DNA from: Balanoglossus misakiensis
Taxonomy: Eukaryota; Animalia; Hemichordata
Reading direction: 5' to 3'
NCBI GenBank assembly: GCA_040954595.2
Contig: CM082585.2
Location: forward strand, 6,659,808-6,723,807
DNA length: 64,000 bases
Every line of letters starts with the position of its first letter. Positions within the stretch are counted from its first letter, which is position 1. The notes beneath the pieces are model-generated. The model was not told the DNA's origin and did not search any database. It was given only the letters and a program-made list of their open reading frames with translations. Below, piece after piece: positions 62,598-64,000 of the stretch. The position numbers and the translations under genes were made by a program.

Positions 62598-64000
62598 ATT
62601 CCAGGATGAGAACTTTGCAACCATTCTAAAATTATGAGTTCTAACTCACATTTGGTGCGCCATCGAGAGGTAATTATAAACGTGTATATATGTATAGTAG
62701 AACCTCTCGGAGTCAAAACCGAACCTATCTTCACTGGACACCATTTCTAGTCCCTTCTACATAGGATACCATGTTTAATGAACCTATAAAACCAAATACC
62801 ATTTGAATGTCCGGTTTATACATGTTTTACTGTCCTCCTCCGCCTTTTTGGTGTATGTGGTGCGCCGTCAGGCGGTAATTTTGTCTGTTGTCGTGCCTTC
62901 GTCTACGTTTTCGTGTTGGCGCGTATGGTGCGCCCTCGGGTGGTAACTTTGAAACCATGATGAAGGCTTCTCCGGTAAAGGTATAGAATTTCTGTCGCAA
63001 TTCGCCCGGGTTCAGTGTCCTCACATTGCAGTTTAGTCTCCAACAAACGACCGTCGTTTCATTTATCAACGGCACCACTATTCCGAGAATGGCGGCCGGT
63101 TAATTGGTGGAATTTCATCATCCGTCTCGTTTTACAACCAGGGTATCGACAAAAAATCACGTTCTTATCTTACAAGACCAAAGAATTTTATAATTGAGCC
63201 GAAAACCGACCCATAGGTAATATGATGTTGCTAATTGGGAAATATTTGAACAGAAATACCTCTAAGCCACCGTATATATGTCACCAGCTCTGTGTTAGTG
63301 CAAAATTAATTACACAGAAATTGGTGACAAGCGCAGGGAGATCATGGCGGCGTCTGGAGTGTATCCCACAATGCAGCACGGGGAGCCGACTATCACGAAT
63401 ATCGCAGCAGGCTGTCCGGGTTCTTCCAATAGCGGGCACTGTCAGCACAAGATCAAAGACTCTAGGAATCATTTCAAGCTGGTGCTTGCCTTCACATCGC
63501 CGTCGGCAGGCTGGTTTTAAATTGGATACCAAATTAAAGTCGATGTTGTCATCGTGGCGTGGTGCAGGCTGCAGCCGAGATGCGCATTACGGCGGCGCAA
63601 ACGACATTCAATTGATGGTTGCCGTCCGCCTGTGGGGGGGGGGGGGAATTAGAACTTTGTATATATTGAAGACAGCGGGGTGCAATTTATGTGAAAATTG
63701 AAATGTCTTGTTAGGCGGGAAAAAATTGGGGTTAATGAAGTACGGGGCGATTCACAAATCCCGAAGTAGCAGAGCACATCACTTCGAATTTACTCGTTAG
63801 TTGCTGATTGCGAGGACGTTGTTGTAGGTAGGTTTACGCCATACACATTCATATTTATTTGGCAAGAAACACTTGATGGATGATATGACACGCTTCAAGC
63901 TTGTCAAATCTGTGCATAGATTGTTAAATTTTGATGGAATCGTCTGATTTGATACTAAACGGCAAAATCTGTTATAGTCGCAGTCAGACTTGACCAATGA

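Noticed and set aside
63797-64000. Open minus-strand frame running off the right edge
   Set aside because: Could be a terminal exon, but there is no homology cue and the window truncates it.

Overview
Eukaryotic, AT-rich, intron-containing genomic DNA from an animal. The gene set and repeat style suggest a marine invertebrate deuterostome such as an acorn worm, but this is inference only. Most short ORFs in the track are noise, so genes were rebuilt by hand from splice sites. Ten protein-coding loci are supported: a TMEM255-like gene (-) head-to-head with an RNI-type LRR gene (+, one GC-AG intron); an UNC93A-like gene (-) with an apparent frameshifting micro-deletion; two tandem carbohydrate sulfotransferases with uninterrupted ORFs (+); selenoprotein T (-, in-frame UGA plus a clear SECIS in a separate 3'UTR exon); an SLC18B1-like MFS transporter (+); a uronyl 2-O-sulfotransferase-like gene (+); and two inverted, divergent Ly6/three-finger GPI-anchored paralogs. 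The non-coding highlights are a Penelope-like GIY-YIG relic followed by a minimal type I hammerhead ribozyme between the Ly6 paralogs, long-TIR elements with 9-bp target duplications (nested up to three deep in one intron), and a RecQ-helicase relic. The last two together suggest AcademH-like transposons. I found no CRISPR array, rRNA or tRNA. I found no wholly novel system I can defend: the findings are mostly unannotated instances of known biology.
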